A DNA stretch of 63,749 nucleotides, filler included, from an uncultured bacterium (GCA_964372275.1; 3 parts of 3 records of this genome joined end to end with filler, not necessarily neighbours in it), one strand, 5' to 3'; positions 30,579 through 39,881 are shown, counted from the first letter of the whole stretch. The notes: generated by a model not told the origin, from the sequence alone. Translations and numbers: made by a program.

Positions 30579-30742
30579 AATGCAAAACCGGCCAATGGAA
30601 AATGGTTCCGGGACGGGCCGCTTCTCATCTGCGGAAGATCGTTTCGGGACGCGCCGGCTCCCCGTGACGCGGAGCAGGGGTTCGGGTCGGTCCGGTTTTC
30701 ATGGGCCGGTTTTCCATCCTCCATTTTCCATTTTCCATTTCC
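30562..30742. repeat. Heptamer-repeat inverted-repeat element (family B), copy 2
   Basis: Left gaaaatggaaaattcaaaatgcaaaaccggccaatggaaaatgg; right catgggccggttttccatcctccattttccattttccatttcc. Confidence 0.85.
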
Positions 30743-31477
30743 TCAGGTCCTCTCGTCCGGTTCCGCGGTCAACGCCAGGAACACCGACTCGAGATCCCCC
30801 CTCGTCCGCGCCTTCTCCCGCAGCTCCTCGACGGTGCCCACCGCGACGATCTCTCCACGAGAAAGGATCCCCACCCGGTCGCACAGCTCCTCGGCGACGC
30901 TCAAGCTGTGCGTCGAGAGGAAGACGGTCCGGTTCTGGGCCGCGACCGAGCGGAAGATCTCCTTCACCAGGCGCGCGCCGCGCGGGTCGAGGCCGACCAT
31001 CGGCTCGTCGACGACCAACACCTTCGGATCGTGCACCAACGCCCCGGCCATGATCAGGCGCTGCTTCATCCCGTGGCTGTAGCCCTCGACCAGCTCGTCC
31101 CCCCAGCGCGAAAGACCGAAGCGCTCGAGCAACGCCTCGGCCGCGGGCCCGCCCGTCGCGGGCGCGACGCCGTAGATCCCGCAGAGGAAGCGCAGGTACT
31201 CCCGTCCGGTCAGCTTCTCGTAGAGGTACGGGCGGTCGGGGATCAGTCCCAGGATCGACTTGGCCGCGATCGGCTCGGAGACGATGCTCCAGCCGTTCAG
31301 CCAGGCGTTCCCGCCGGTCGGCTTGATCAGCCCAGCCATCATCCGGATCGTGGTCGTCTTCCCGGCGCCGTTGGGACCCAGGAATCCGAAGATCTCTCCG
31401 TCCGCGATCTCGAGCGAGATCCCCTTCACCGCGTCGAACGAACCGTATCGCTTGCGCAGGTCGAGCAGTCGGATCAA
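30743..31477 (-). CDS. ABC transporter ATP-binding protein
   Basis: GPNGAGKT, YSHGMKQ, VVDEP, STH. Confidence 0.95.
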   Translation of the reverse strand: MIRLLDLRKRYGSFDAVKGISLEIADGEIFGFLGPNGAGKTTTIRMMAGLIKPTGGNAWLNGWSIVSEPIAAKSILGLIPDRPYLYEKLTGREYLRFLCGIYGVAPATGGPAAEALLERFGLSRWGDELVEGYSHGMKQRLIMAGALVHDPKVLVVDEPMVGLDPRGARLVKEIFRSVAAQNRTVFLSTHSLSVAEELCDRVGILSRGEIVAVGTVEELREKARTRGDLESVFLALTAEPDERT

Positions 31478-31700
31478 CGAGAGGCCTCCACCGGCAGCGC
31501 GTCGACCGAAAGCCGCCCCATCAGCTTCAACAGGTCGACCTGCCGATCGAGACCGCCGACCTGGAAGCGCACGTGGCCCGGATCGGCGGGGAACTGGCCG
31601 AGAGTCGGCTCGACAGGATACCAGCCTTCCGACCTGTCGGCCCCCTACCCGGCGGGTCCGCGCGACGCCGCGCCCGACCGGCCGAGGAACACCTCGGGCC
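31474..31700 (-). CDS. Transglutaminase-like protein, C-terminal fragment with an in-frame TAG at 31645-31647
   Basis: Manual translation PEVFLGRSGAASRGPAG*GADRSEGWYPVEPTLGQFPADPGHVRF; cut by the linker. Confidence 0.6.
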
Positions 31701-31800
31701 NNNNNNNNNNNNNNNNNNNNNNNNNNNNNNNNNNNNNNNNNNNNTTAATTAATTAANNNNNNNNNNNNNNNNNNNNNNNNNNNNNNNNNNNNNNNNNNNN
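31701..31800. other. Artificial contig-joining linker
   Basis: N44-TTAATTAATTAA-N44. Confidence 0.97.
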
Positions 31801-31869
31801 GAGGGTCGAGACTCCGCGCAGGATCGCAGCGCGCGCGGTTTGCTCGAAAACGATCTCTTTGGCTGCCAT
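31801..31869 (-). CDS. groEL: Chaperonin GroEL, N-terminal fragment
   Basis: MAAKEIVFEQTARAAILRGV directly after groES. Confidence 0.92.
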
Positions 31870-31902
31870 GTCGTGATCCCCTTTGGTTTCGTTGGTCGGT
31901 GA

Positions 31903-32196
31903 TTACTTGTCCGAGATCACGCCGAGGATCTCCTCCTCGGAGACGATGAGGTGCTCCTCGCCGTCGATCTTGATCTCCGTCCCGGTGTACTTGCCGAAGA
32001 GGATCCGGTCCCCCTCCTTCACCGCGAGCGGGCGCTTGCTCCCGTCCTTCAGCACCTTGCCGGTGCCAACCGCGATCACCTTCGCCTCGAGCGGCTTCTC
32101 CTTCGCCGTGTCGGGGATGATGATGCCGCCCTTGGTCTTCTCCTCCTCCTCGATGCGCTTCACGAGGATCTTGTCGTGCAACGGTCTGATCTTCAT
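31903..32196 (-). CDS. groES: Co-chaperonin GroES
   Basis: [29 protein letters not shown]. Confidence 0.97.
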   Translation of the reverse strand: MKIRPLHDKILVKRIEEEEKTKGGIIIPDTAKEKPLEAKVIAVGTGKVLKDGSKRPLAVKEGDRILFGKYTGTEIKIDGEEHLIVSEEEILGVISDK

Positions 32197-32247
32197 GCGG
32201 TTCTCCCTGCGTGTTGGGTCGGTCTCGACCCTCTTGAAATCGGCTGC

Positions 32248-32276
32248 ACCGTAGGGTCTGCCCTGCGCTTCGTCAA
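32248..32276 (-). promoter_or_regulatory. Putative groESL promoter
   Basis: Minus strand TTGACG-N17-TACGGT. Confidence 0.55.
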
Positions 32277-32440
32277 GGGTCCCGGCACGACCGGACGGGC
32301 GTGTCATCGCGCCTCGATTGACGACCCTTTTTCACCGCCGTAAACTCCGAAATAGGCTGAATGTTTCTGGAGTTTGTCCGCAGTTTGGCGTGGTTCTTGT
32401 GGATGGAGCGTAACCGATTGTCACGCACGGACGAGGGACG

Positions 32441-33031
32441 ATGGCCGGACAGAGCCTGATCGCCGAAGCCGACCTCCGCGACTACTTCCGCCGCGAAGTG
32501 GCGCGAGCGGTCGATACCCTGAAGATCCAGACCAACGAGTTCACGACGTTCTACCTGGTCAACCTGCTCGCCGAGTTCTCCGACGCCGACGAGCTGTACG
32601 AGGACGCCGACCGGCCGCTCGCCTTGATGTACGGCAAGGCGATGGAGTCGCCGCCGACCGAGCGCTTCCGCATCCTGAAGAAGCTGGGCGACTTCGCGCT
32701 CTACATCTCCGGCTACTTCTCCGACAGCCTGCAGGGGAAGGCGGTCGACGTCGACTACTACATCTCGATGGGATCGACCGCCTACGGAGGGGCGAGCCAG
32801 ATCCTGCGCGCACAGCCGAAGGGGGATGTCTTCGGCCCGGTCTTCCATGAGCTCTCGGGCAAGTTCCCCGACTACGTCGACGTCCTGCAGGAGGTCTCCG
32901 ACGCCGGCGGGCAGAACGCCACCGACAAGGAGATCATGCGCCTCTACGAGCTGTGGCAGCGCACCCGCAGCAAGCGGTGCGAGACGCTCCTGCGCAAGAT
33001 GGGGATGGCGCTGGAGTCGAGCGCGCAATGA
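32441..33031 (+). CDS. Conserved-looking hypothetical protein
   Basis: Strong coding bias; YLVNLL, LKKLGDFALYISGYF, DVDYYISMG; ATGA-coupled to the next gene. Confidence 0.8.
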   Translation: MAGQSLIAEADLRDYFRREVARAVDTLKIQTNEFTTFYLVNLLAEFSDADELYEDADRPLALMYGKAMESPPTERFRILKKLGDFALYISGYFSDSLQGKAVDVDYYISMGSTAYGGASQILRAQPKGDVFGPVFHELSGKFPDYVDVLQEVSDAGGQNATDKEIMRLYELWQRTRSKRCETLLRKMGMALESSAQ

Positions 33032-33693
33032 CGGAAGCCGCGCCGATCCGGGCGATCGCGGCCCGCGTCCAGCGCCAACTGACCCGCCTCTACGAAGTCG
33101 AGCTCGAGCACTCCGTCGGCGAGTTCCTGGTCACCGACCGCGATCGGGTCGACGCGATCGAGCGCGGCCAGGAGGGGACGCGCGACATCGCCGAGAAGCT
33201 TCTGGTGCGGCAGCGGGGGGACGAGGTCGACGTCGCGCTCTACCTCGACCCGGCGGTGGCCGATCGCCTGGGCCGCGCCGACCCGACCGCGCTCCTCACG
33301 CCGGAGAACCTCGGCGACTATTGGGTGCTGCTCGAAGGGGTCAGCCACTTCGTCTACCTCGCCTGGAACGCCGAGCGCGATCGGCCGGTGCGGCTGCTCG
33401 AGCTCGAGCTGCAGGCGGAGGTCGACAAGTACGTCAGCACCCTGTTCCGCCTCGGCAGCCAGGGGGAGGTCCCGGAGACGTTGGAGCAGCTCCTGTTCGA
33501 CGAGCCGCGCTTCGACGAACAGCTCGACTCGGCGGGGCTGGAGCGGTACGAGCTGGCGAACCGAGCCGCGGCGCGATACTGCCGGCGGCTGTCCCGGCGA
33601 TTCCTCCGCGAGCGCCGCGTCGACGACCTGATCGAGGACGCGCGCCGCTTCTGGCGGCTGCCCCAGGAAGAGAAGCTCCGACTCGCGGGCTGA
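33028..33693 (+). CDS. Conserved-looking hypothetical protein
   Basis: LEGVSHF..LLELELQAEVDKY..ERYELAN; ATGA overlap with the upstream gene. Confidence 0.8.
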   Translation: MTEAAPIRAIAARVQRQLTRLYEVELEHSVGEFLVTDRDRVDAIERGQEGTRDIAEKLLVRQRGDEVDVALYLDPAVADRLGRADPTALLTPENLGDYWVLLEGVSHFVYLAWNAERDRPVRLLELELQAEVDKYVSTLFRLGSQGEVPETLEQLLFDEPRFDEQLDSAGLERYELANRAAARYCRRLSRRFLRERRVDDLIEDARRFWRLPQEEKLRLAG

Positions 33694-33700
33694 CCGATCC

Positions 33701-33728
33701 GATCCGGCGACGCTGATCCGGCGACGCT
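33701..33728 (+). repeat. 14-bp tandem direct repeat just upstream of a -35 box
   Basis: gatccggcgacgct twice, running into TTGTCA. Confidence 0.7.
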
Positions 33729-33765
33729 TGTCATTTTTCGTCGGCGGGGCGAGCCTTCCGACTCC

Positions 33766-34788
33766 ATGTCCCGCATTCTCGTCACCGGCAGCGCCGGCTT
33801 CATCGCCGGCTACCTGATCGAGGAGCTGCTCGGCGCCGGTCACCAGGTGGTCGGGCTCGACAACTTCTCGAAGTACGGTCCCGTGGAGCGCGGCTTCGAC
33901 CGACACGCGGGCTACACCTTCGTCCGCGGGGACGCCAAGGACGTGGGGCTCCTGCGCGAGCTGCTCGACGGATGCGATCAGTTCGTGGCCGGCGCGGCGA
34001 TCATCGGCGGGATCACCCTGTTCCACGAGCGGGCCTACGACCTGCTGGCCGAGAACGAACGGATCACGGCGGCGGCGTTCGACGCGGCGATCGACGCGCA
34101 CCGCAAGGGGAGGCTCCGGAAGATCACCGTCGTCTCCTCGTCGATGGTCTTCGAGAGCACCGACCGGTACCCGACGCCGGAAGGGGCGCAGCGGACCTCG
34201 CCGCCGCCGCGCTCGACCTACGGTTTCCAGAAGCTCGCCACCGAGTACTTCGCGCAGGGGGCCTGGGAGCAGTACCGCCTCCCCTACACCCTCGTCCGCC
34301 CGTTCAACTGCGTCGGGATCGGCGAGAAGCGGGCGTTGTCCGACAAGGAGATCCTCTCGGGGAACGTGAAGCTGGCGATGAGCCACGTCGTGCCCGACCT
34401 GGTGCAGAAGGTCCTGAAGGGGCAGGACCCGCTGCGCCTGCTCGGCGACGGCCGGCAGGTGCGCCACTACACCTACGGCGGGGATCTCGCGCGCGGGATC
34501 CGCCTCGCCGTCGAGAGCCCCGCGGCGGAGAACGAGGACTTCAACCTCTCGACGCCGGTCTCGACGACGGTGATGGAGCTGGCGCGGCTCGTCTGGCGCA
34601 AGATCAAGGGGGAGGTCCCGCTGCGGGTAACGCACGACGAGCCGTACGCCTACGACGTGCAGAAGCGGGTGCCGTCGACGGAGAAGGCGAAGCGGGTATT
34701 GGGGTTCGAAGCGACGACCTCGCTCGAGACGGCGCTGGACGAGATCATCCCCTGGATCCGGCGGCAGGTGGAGATCGGCGGCATCTGA
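33766..34788 (+). CDS. NAD-dependent epimerase/dehydratase (extended SDR)
   Basis: TGSAGFIA, SSSMVF, YGFQK, RPFNCVG. Confidence 0.93.
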   Translation: MSRILVTGSAGFIAGYLIEELLGAGHQVVGLDNFSKYGPVERGFDRHAGYTFVRGDAKDVGLLRELLDGCDQFVAGAAIIGGITLFHERAYDLLAENERITAAAFDAAIDAHRKGRLRKITVVSSSMVFESTDRYPTPEGAQRTSPPPRSTYGFQKLATEYFAQGAWEQYRLPYTLVRPFNCVGIGEKRALSDKEILSGNVKLAMSHVVPDLVQKVLKGQDPLRLLGDGRQVRHYTYGGDLARGIRLAVESPAAENEDFNLSTPVSTTVMELARLVWRKIKGEVPLRVTHDEPYAYDVQKRVPSTEKAKRVLGFEATTSLETALDEIIPWIRRQVEIGGI

Positions 34789-35456
34789 TGGCGGAGTTGG
34801 AACGGTCGCTCGACCGGCTCTACGAGCGGCGGTTCGATCCCGCGGAGCGCGCGGCCAAGGCGGCGCTGTGGGGGGCGATCCTCGACGGCTTCCTCCATCG
34901 CTACGTGCCGGCGGGTGGGACGGTGCTCGACGTCGGCGCCGGGTCCTGCGAGTTGATCAACCGCGTGCATGCGGCGCGACGGATCGCGGTCGACCTGAAC
35001 CCGGACGTGGCCCGGCACGCCGCCCCCGGCGTCGAGACACACCTCCTCCCGATCGAGCGCCTGGCCGACGCCGTCGCCGCGGCCTCCGTCGACACCGTCT
35101 TCGCCAGCAACGTCTTCGAGCACCTCCCCGATCCGGACGCCCTGTTGCGCGCGCTGGCCGCCGTCCACGCGGCGCTGAAAGTCGGGGGCCGGCTGGTGGT
35201 GATCCAGCCAAACGTGGCGCGGGTCGGCGGACGATTCTGGGACTTCTTCGACCACACCCTCCCGCTCACCGACAAGGGGATGGCGGAGGCGCTCGAGGTC
35301 GCCGGCTTCGCGGTGGAGGAGCGGCGCGCGCGCTTCCTCCCCTACACCACCAAGAGCCGCTGGCCGACCGCGCCGTGGCTGGTGCGGCTCTATCTCGCGC
35401 TGCCCCCGGCGCAGTGGCTGTTCGGGGAGCAGATGCTCGTCGTCGCCCGCCGATGA
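34788..35456 (+). CDS. Class I SAM-dependent methyltransferase
   Basis: VLDVGAGSC, ASNVFEHL, FWDFFDH. Confidence 0.9.
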   Translation: MAELERSLDRLYERRFDPAERAAKAALWGAILDGFLHRYVPAGGTVLDVGAGSCELINRVHAARRIAVDLNPDVARHAAPGVETHLLPIERLADAVAAASVDTVFASNVFEHLPDPDALLRALAAVHAALKVGGRLVVIQPNVARVGGRFWDFFDHTLPLTDKGMAEALEVAGFAVEERRARFLPYTTKSRWPTAPWLVRLYLALPPAQWLFGEQMLVVARR

Positions 35457-36205
35457 GCGAGGGCCCGCCGGCGAAGGAACGCGCCCCGGCCGCCGAGGTG
35501 GCGGTCGATTTCGTGATGCCGGTCTACAACGAGGGGGCCAACGTCGGGCGCGCGTTGGAGGAGATCTACGGGCGCGTCCCGTTCGGCAAACGTGTGCTGG
35601 TCGTCTACGACTTCGACGAGGACGACACGGTGCCGGTGGTGCGCGCGCTCGCCGACCGCTATCCGGGGGTGACGCCGGTCCGGAACCGGATCGGGCGCGG
35701 CGTGGTCAACGCCGTCCGCGCCGGGATCGAGGCGGCGACGGCCGAGGTGGTGGTAGTAACGATGGCCGATCTGTCCGACGACATCCGCGTCGCAGAACGA
35801 ATGATTTCGTTGATCCGCGACGACGGCTGGGACGTGGTCTGCGCCTCGCGCTACATGCGCGGCGGGCGGCAGATCGGCGGTCCGCCGCTCAAAGGGTTCC
35901 TGTCGCGGATGGCGGGGCTGAGCTTGCGGTGGCTGGCCGGATTCCCGACCCACGACGCCACCAACGCCTTCCGCGCCTACCGGCGTTCGGTGCTGGTGGA
36001 GGCGCCGATCGAGAGCGACGGCGGGTTCGCCTACTCGCTGGAGATCACCGCCAAGGCCTGGGCCCGCGGGCGGCGGATCACCGAGGTCCCCTCGACCTGG
36101 CGCGACCGCTCGGCGGGCAGCTCGCGCTTCCGGCTCCGTGCCTGGCTCCCGCACTACCTGCGCTGGTGGTGGTTCGCCCTCACCCACCGCCCGAGGACCC
36201 GATGA
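35453..36205 (+). CDS. GT2 glycosyltransferase (polyprenyl-phosphate, DPM1/ArnC-like)
   Basis: MPVYNEG, MADLSD, ASRYMRGG, DATNAFRAY, EVPSTWRDR. Confidence 0.92.
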   Translation: MSEGPPAKERAPAAEVAVDFVMPVYNEGANVGRALEEIYGRVPFGKRVLVVYDFDEDDTVPVVRALADRYPGVTPVRNRIGRGVVNAVRAGIEAATAEVVVVTMADLSDDIRVAERMISLIRDDGWDVVCASRYMRGGRQIGGPPLKGFLSRMAGLSLRWLAGFPTHDATNAFRAYRRSVLVEAPIESDGGFAYSLEITAKAWARGRRITEVPSTWRDRSAGSSRFRLRAWLPHYLRWWWFALTHRPRTR

Positions 36206-37737
36206 CGCGGCGTCAGGACGGCGAGCGGGTCGTCGTCGCGCTGTTCGCGCTGGCGGCGCTGTGGTGGTTGGCGATGTCGCGGGTCGGCTGGGAGCACACG
36301 GTCTCCGACGGCAACGGCTTCCGACAGTCGCAGACGGCGCTGACGAGCTACTGGATGCTGCACGGCGGGCCGCTCCTCGCCTACGAGACGCCGGTGCTGG
36401 GCCCGCCCTGGAGCGTGCCGTTCGAGCTGCCGGTCTACCAGTGGTGCGCCGCCGCGGCCTCCCGCGCGCTGGGGATCCCGCTGGTGCAGGCCGGTCGGCT
36501 CGTCTCGGAGGTCTTCTTCGCGCTCACCCTCGCCGCGCTCTACGGGATCCTGGCGGAGGTGGAGGTCCGCCCGCGCCACCGCCTCGCCGTACTGGCGCTC
36601 GTGCTGGCGAGCCCGCTCTACCTGTTCTGGTCGCGCACCTTCATGATCGAGTCGACGGCCCTGTTCTTCGGCGCCGCCCACCTCCTGGGGCTGCTCCGGT
36701 GGTCGCGCACCCGCCACCCGCGCGACGCCGCGCTGGCCGCCGCGACGGGGTGCGTCGGGATCGCGGTGAAGGTGACCACGTTTGCCGGGATCTGGCTGGT
36801 GGCGGTCGCCGTCGCCGCCTGGCGCCTCCGGCGCGCGGCGACCACCCGCGCGGCCGCGCTCGCCGCGGCGGCGCTCGCGCCGCTCGTCGCCCTCGCGCTC
36901 TGGAACCGGTTCACCGACGGCATCAAGGTCCGGCACGCGATCGGGGTCGGGATGACCTCCGACTCCCCCGAGATGCGCGCCTGGATCCTCGCCCCGCTCT
37001 CCGAGCGTTTCGCCTGGTCAAACCACCGGCTCCTGTTCCAACGCACCTTCCCCGACCTGTTCGGAACGCCGTGGCTGCTCGCCGCGGCCCTCGCGGTGCT
37101 GGCGTTCGCGCGCCGCAGGCTTGGGCCCGCCGCGGTCTGCCTCGCCGGCTTCCTCGCCGGCTACCTGCTCTTCGTCAACCTGCACGTCGTCCACGACTAC
37201 TACGCCTACGCGAACGGGGTCTTCCTCCTGGCCGCGATCGGATTCGCCGTCGTCGGCGCCCTCGAGCGGGGAGGCAGCCGCCGCGCGGCGGGGATCGCGC
37301 TGCTCGCCCTCGCGCTCCTCTCCTCGGCCCACGCCTACCGCCAGCGCCAGTACCCGCGGCAGTCGCGGAACAACACCGGCATCGCCCAGCTGGCGGGGGT
37401 GGTTCGGCGCCTGACGGGCCCGAACGACGTCGTGGTCGGGATGGGATTCGACTGGTCCTCGGAGATCCCGTTCTACGCCGAGCGGCGCGGCTTCATGTGG
37501 CCCAAGTGGCTGCCGACGTCGTTCGACGACCCGAAGGTCGCCGCCCAGATGAAGAACCTCTCCGCGGTGTCGATCGGCGCGCTCGCGGCCTGCGGCGCGG
37601 CGCTGCAGCAGCCGGCGTTCGTCGCCGAGGCGGCCGCCCGTTTCGGGCTCCCGCGCGAGCCGGCGGTGGAGGGGAGCGGCTGCGTCGTCTTCGCCCACCC
37701 ACGCGGATCGCGTGCCAGCGCCGCCGACCCGCCCTGA
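36202..37737 (+). CDS. GT-C fold membrane glycosyltransferase (ArnT/PMT-like)
   Basis: FRQSQTA, PFELPVYQ, SPLYLFWSRTFMIES, HDYY; many TM segments. Confidence 0.8.
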   Translation: MTRRQDGERVVVALFALAALWWLAMSRVGWEHTVSDGNGFRQSQTALTSYWMLHGGPLLAYETPVLGPPWSVPFELPVYQWCAAAASRALGIPLVQAGRLVSEVFFALTLAALYGILAEVEVRPRHRLAVLALVLASPLYLFWSRTFMIESTALFFGAAHLLGLLRWSRTRHPRDAALAAATGCVGIAVKVTTFAGIWLVAVAVAAWRLRRAATTRAAALAAAALAPLVALALWNRFTDGIKVRHAIGVGMTSDSPEMRAWILAPLSERFAWSNHRLLFQRTFPDLFGTPWLLAAALAVLAFARRRLGPAAVCLAGFLAGYLLFVNLHVVHDYYAYANGVFLLAAIGFAVVGALERGGSRRAAGIALLALALLSSAHAYRQRQYPRQSRNNTGIAQLAGVVRRLTGPNDVVVGMGFDWSSEIPFYAERRGFMWPKWLPTSFDDPKVAAQMKNLSAVSIGALAACGAALQQPAFVAEAAARFGLPREPAVEGSGCVVFAHPRGSRASAADPP

Positions 37738-37747
37738 TCGGCGCCGG

Positions 37748-38944
37748 TCAGGTCAGAAGTCCGCCGCGGCCGAGGAGGTTCCACGGGTCGAGGACCGGCT
37801 TGGTCGTGGTGACCCGCCGGTAGGCGCTGTGCGGGGCGCCGATCACCAGCAGGTCGGCGCGCGCGAGCACCGTTTCGAGAGGGAGGAAGCTCGGATCGGC
37901 GGCGAACGGGTCGGTGCAGAGCACCTCCTTCGCCTCGAGCTTGAGGATCTTGCGCAGCTTGAAGCTGAGCGACTCGCGGACGTCGTCGTTGTCCCCCTTG
38001 AACGACATCCCCAGGATCCCGACCGTCCGTTCGTGCAGGGGGCCCTTCGCCTCGAGCTGCCGCACCAGGTGACGGGGCATCCCTTCGTTCACCAGCATCG
38101 CCGCCGTCCCGAGCGAGAACTCGTTCTCGAAGTAGGCGGCGAGCTGCATCGTGTCCTTGAAGAGGCAGGGGCCGGCGGCGAACCCGGCCGTCGGCAGCCC
38201 CTTCATCCGCGGGTAGTCGTCGGTGATCGCGTTCCAGACGCGGTAGTAGTCGATGCCGTTGTCGGCGCAGGCGGCGTAGAACTGGTTCGCGACGGCGAAG
38301 CTGATGTAGCGCCAGGCGTTGCAGAAAAGTTTCGCCAGCTCCGCTTCGGTCGGCTCCAGAGGGATCGTCTTGGGGCAGATCCTCGAGAAGAGTCTCGCCG
38401 CGCGTTCTCCCGCCCGCGCGGTGGCCCCCGCCACGATCTGCGGCATCGAGCCGATCTCCTTCGTCGCCTTCCCCTGCGCCACCCGTTCGGGACAGAAGGC
38501 GACGTCGATCCCCGGGATCCTCTCCTGCAGGTGTGCCGCGATCCGCCGCGTCGCTCCGGGATAGACGGTGCTCCGCAGGACGAAGAGCTGCCGGCCGGAC
38601 AGGAAGGGCTTGAGCCCCTCGACCGCCGCGAACAGGCGGTCGAGCTCCGGGTTCAGGTGCTCGTCGATCGGCGTGCCGATGACGCAGACGACGACGTCGG
38701 CCTCGCGCAGCACCGCCGGATCGGTCGTCGCGCGCAGGTTCTTCCCGACGTGCGCCCGCAGGAGCGCCTCGCCCCCCTCCTCCATGAACGGCATGCGCCC
38801 GTCGGAGATCGTCCGCACGCTCTCCGCGTTCAGGTCGTAGAGGTCGACGCGCAGTCCCGCCTGCGCGAAGGTCAGGCCCAACGGCAGGCCCACGTGCCCG
38901 CAGCCGCCGACGATCGCCACCCGGTTATCGCGTGCTGTTCCCAT
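37748..38944 (-). CDS. Nucleotide-sugar dehydrogenase (UDP-glucose/GDP-mannose family)
   Basis: GGCGHVGLP, RSTVYPG, CPERV, AELAK, GPCLFKD, FKGDNDDVRES. Confidence 0.93.
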   Translation of the reverse strand: MGTARDNRVAIVGGCGHVGLPLGLTFAQAGLRVDLYDLNAESVRTISDGRMPFMEEGGEALLRAHVGKNLRATTDPAVLREADVVVCVIGTPIDEHLNPELDRLFAAVEGLKPFLSGRQLFVLRSTVYPGATRRIAAHLQERIPGIDVAFCPERVAQGKATKEIGSMPQIVAGATARAGERAARLFSRICPKTIPLEPTEAELAKLFCNAWRYISFAVANQFYAACADNGIDYYRVWNAITDDYPRMKGLPTAGFAAGPCLFKDTMQLAAYFENEFSLGTAAMLVNEGMPRHLVRQLEAKGPLHERTVGILGMSFKGDNDDVRESLSFKLRKILKLEAKEVLCTDPFAADPSFLPLETVLARADLLVIGAPHSAYRRVTTTKPVLDPWNLLGRGGLLT

Positions 38945-38975
38945 CGGCGCGGGATGGTAGCCTATCGGGCGCGCC

Positions 38976-39632
38976 ATGAGCCTGTTCCGACTTCTCGGGG
39001 ACGCGATCGAGTGGGCGATCGCCTTGCTGCGCGACCCGGGCCCGTTCATCGCCTGGGCCGGCTATCCCGGCCTGGCCGCGATCATCTTCCTCGAGACCGG
39101 CGCCATGATCTTCTGGCTGCCGGGGGATTCGCTGCTGTTCGTCGCCGGGATGTACGCGGCGAAGGGGGACCTGAACCTGCTCGCCCTCAACGCCTTGTTG
39201 ATCCCGATGGCGATCCTCGGCGACGCCTGTTCCTACTGGATCGGGCGGAAGACCGGCCCGAAGATCTTCAACCGCCCGAAGTCGCGTTTCTTCAATCCGG
39301 GGCACGTTCGCGCGGCGCAGGCGTTCTACGAACGACACGGCGGCAAGGCGATCGTGCTCGCGCGCTTCATGCCTCTGGTGCGGACCTTCACCCCGGTCGT
39401 CGCCGGCGTCGCCGGAATGCGCTACCGCGACTTCTCGATCTACAACGTCGCGGGAGGGGTCGGCTGGATCGTCTCCATGACCTGCCTCGGATACCTCCTC
39501 GGGGCGCGGTTCCCGATCGTCGGCGAGCACATCGAGAAGGTGATCCTCCTGATCGTCTTCGTGTCGATCCTCCCCGCGATCATCGCCTATCTGCGCGAGC
39601 GCCGGCGCGCCGCCGCGCTCCCGCGCGCTTGA
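38976..39632 (+). CDS. DedA-family membrane protein
   Basis: FLETG..LPGDSLL, GDACSYWIG, ARFMPLVRTF. Confidence 0.93.
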   Translation: MSLFRLLGDAIEWAIALLRDPGPFIAWAGYPGLAAIIFLETGAMIFWLPGDSLLFVAGMYAAKGDLNLLALNALLIPMAILGDACSYWIGRKTGPKIFNRPKSRFFNPGHVRAAQAFYERHGGKAIVLARFMPLVRTFTPVVAGVAGMRYRDFSIYNVAGGVGWIVSMTCLGYLLGARFPIVGEHIEKVILLIVFVSILPAIIAYLRERRRAAALPRA

Positions 39633-39666
39633 CGCGGGCCGCCAATCGGCTAGATTCGGGGGTCCC

Positions 39667-39864
39667 ATGCCCAAGGAAAACGAGCAGCTCTTCGACCGAC
39701 GCGTGGTCGGTCGCAACCTCCGCAGCGGCGCCCTCGCGATCAAGGACTACGAGCGGTACCTGAAGTCGCTCGACGACGACAGGGACAACGCCATCCCGGT
39801 CGAGACGTCCCTCGATTCGAGCGGCCAGACGCCGAAGACGAGCGAAGACGGCGACGACGAGTAG
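39667..39864 (+). CDS. Small hypothetical protein
   Basis: Coding-like; FDRRVVGRNL..DYERYLKSLDD; preceded by TTGACG-N16-TAGATT. Confidence 0.65.
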   Translation: MPKENEQLFDRRVVGRNLRSGALAIKDYERYLKSLDDDRDNAIPVETSLDSSGQTPKTSEDGDDE

Positions 39865-39881
39865 GTTTCAATTCGCCGTCT

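Noticed and set aside
32281-32310. Possible CIRCE element upstream of groES
   Set aside because: Only about half of the TTAGCACTC-N9-GAGTGCTAA positions match and the spacing is off.
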